Assembly (NCBI GenBank): GCA_020425315.1
Contig: JAGQRO010000093.1
Location: 5,554 to 69,553 of the forward strand
Source of the DNA: Hyphomonas sp.
Lineage (GTDB): Bacteria; Pseudomonadota; Alphaproteobacteria; Caulobacterales; Hyphomonadaceae
Length of the DNA: 64,000 bases
Reading direction: 5' to 3'
The notes below the pieces were generated by a model. That model was not told where the DNA came from. It worked only from the letters and a program-made list of their open reading frames with translations, and did not search any database. The first letter of the stretch is position 1, and each line of letters starts with the position of its first letter. The translations under genes were made by a program, and so were the position numbers. Shown here piece after piece: positions 62,960-64,000 of the stretch.

Positions 62960-64000
62960 TCAAGCTTGGCTGATCTGACGATCCCTCCCGCCAAGCTCGC
63001 GCTTCTGGACCTTGCCAATGGCACTTCTGGGCAGCGCCTGAACAAAATGCACTTCGGATATCCGTTGATTCTTGCCCAGCCTGTTATTCGCCCAGGACCT
63101 TAGGTCTTCCGGCGTCAGGGCTGCCCCGCCTTTGAGAACGACATATGCCACCGGCGTCTCGCCCCATTGCTCTGAAGTTTTTCCAACTACTGCAACTTCA
63201 AGAACACTTTCGTGTTCGTCCAGGACTGCTTCGAGGTCTGACGGGTAGATATTGAACCCCCCGGAATTGATCATGTCTTTTTTCCGGCCCGACAGGATCA
63301 GGAACCCATCATCGTCGAACCGGCCGAGGTCTCCCGTACGAATGAAACGGTGGCCTTCCGGGTCAATCCACTCGGTCTCCCGGGTCTTTTCAGGTTGATT
63401 CAGGTACTTTTCCATCATCGAGCTGGAGCGCCCGACAATTTCTCCCGTTGCTCCCGGCGGCAACTGCTGACCGTTCTCATCTATGATCCGGATGTCATGG
63501 CCATCTGCGGGTTTTCCGACCGTGTGCAACTTGTCTGGATAGGTGTGCGCCGCAAGCATGCAGCTGCCGCCGCCCTCGGTCATGCCGTATAGCTCGATCA
63601 CCCCCCCGGGCCATCTTTCCAGAACCTCTGCTTTCAGCTCAGCTGAGAACGCTGCACTCGTGCACAGTTTCAGTTTGAAGGCACTCAGATCGAAGGTGTC
63701 AAATTCGGGAAGGTTCAATATTCGGCGATATTGGACCGGCACCAGCATCGCATGTGTCACTTGGTGCTTTTCGCAAAGCTGAAGGAACTGCAATGCGTCA
63801 AACTTCGGCATCAGAATGACTGTTCCGCCAGTGGCCAGCATCGGCAATACCGTGACCAGGGTCGTGTTCGAGTATAAGGGGGTCGATGCCAGAGCGACAG
63901 ACGAGCGGTCCATCAGATAGGCCGCCCCTCTGCTGACGTGCCGCCATCTCATTCCATGAGACTGAACGATCCCTTTCGGCGTTCCTGTCGTACCTGACGA
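62960..64000 (-). CDS. Acyl-CoA synthetase, 5'-truncated by the window edge
   Basis: Frame runs open to 64000, beginning SSGTTGTPKGIVQSH; YGMTEG, RTGDLG, GRKKDMI, PRSAIGK. Confidence 0.9.
   Translation of the reverse strand, partial: SSGTTGTPKGIVQSHGMRWRHVSRGAAYLMDRSSVALASTPLYSNTTLVTVLPMLATGGTVILMPKFDALQFLQLCEKHQVTHAMLVPVQYRRILNLPEFDTFDLSAFKLKLCTSAAFSAELKAEVLERWPGGVIELYGMTEGGGSCMLAAHTYPDKLHTVGKPADGHDIRIIDENGQQLPPGATGEIVGRSSSMMEKYLNQPEKTRETEWIDPEGHRFIRTGDLGRFDDDGFLILSGRKKDMINSGGFNIYPSDLEAVLDEHESVLEVAVVGKTSEQWGETPVAYVVLKGGAALTPEDLRSWANNRLGKNQRISEVHFVQALPRSAIGKVQKRELGGRDRQISQA

Overview
GC-rich bacterial DNA, probably alphaproteobacterial (Hyphomonas/Caulobacterales-like; inferred from gene content and style), with about 52 protein-coding genes. 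I see no rRNA, tRNA, CRISPR array, transposase or integrase. Modules from left to right: (1) 1-5.4 kb, an envelope-glycosylation locus: acyltransferase-3, then a sigma54-preceded, translationally coupled operon of a GT-C-like membrane protein fused to a GtrA flippase domain, a DPM1-like GT2, a BcbF-type HAD phosphatase and a BcbE-like protein. (2) 5.4-12.3 kb, a TetR unit (MFS, hydrolase, acyl-CoA ligase, TonB-dependent receptor) with two copies of one palindromic operator. (3) 12.5-20.6 kb, N-acyl-D-amino-acid deacylase, APH-type kinase, an RDRSWG-motif protein, twin Lrp regulators, a TBDR and a crotonase. (4) 20.7-23.8 kb, sulfotransferase, ExoL-like GT and a divergent SqdB. (5) 24.2-36.5 kb, an operon of 2OG-Fe(II) oxygenase, ICL-family lyase, non-canonical LeuCD and 2-hydroxyacid dehydrogenase, plus TetR, a MalT-like regulator, ALDH and a TBDR. 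(6) 37.3-42.7 kb, a double-TetR, a TBDR and a serine hydrolase. (7) 43-60.2 kb, a large CoA-dependent catabolic cluster with a two-component flavin monooxygenase, VOC protein, CoA transferases, crotonases, a thiolase lacking its catalytic Cys with a DUF35 partner, maleate isomerase, ACAD and hydrolase. (8) 60.3-64 kb, a Tat sulfatase, TetR and a partial acyl-CoA ligase. The best candidates for undescribed systems are the fused Gtr-type glycosylation operon, the oxygenase-LeuCD-lyase pathway, the maleate-isomerase/thiolase cluster, and structured anti-Shine-Dalgarno elements behind four of the five TBDR genes. All assignments come from motifs read by eye; no database search was run.
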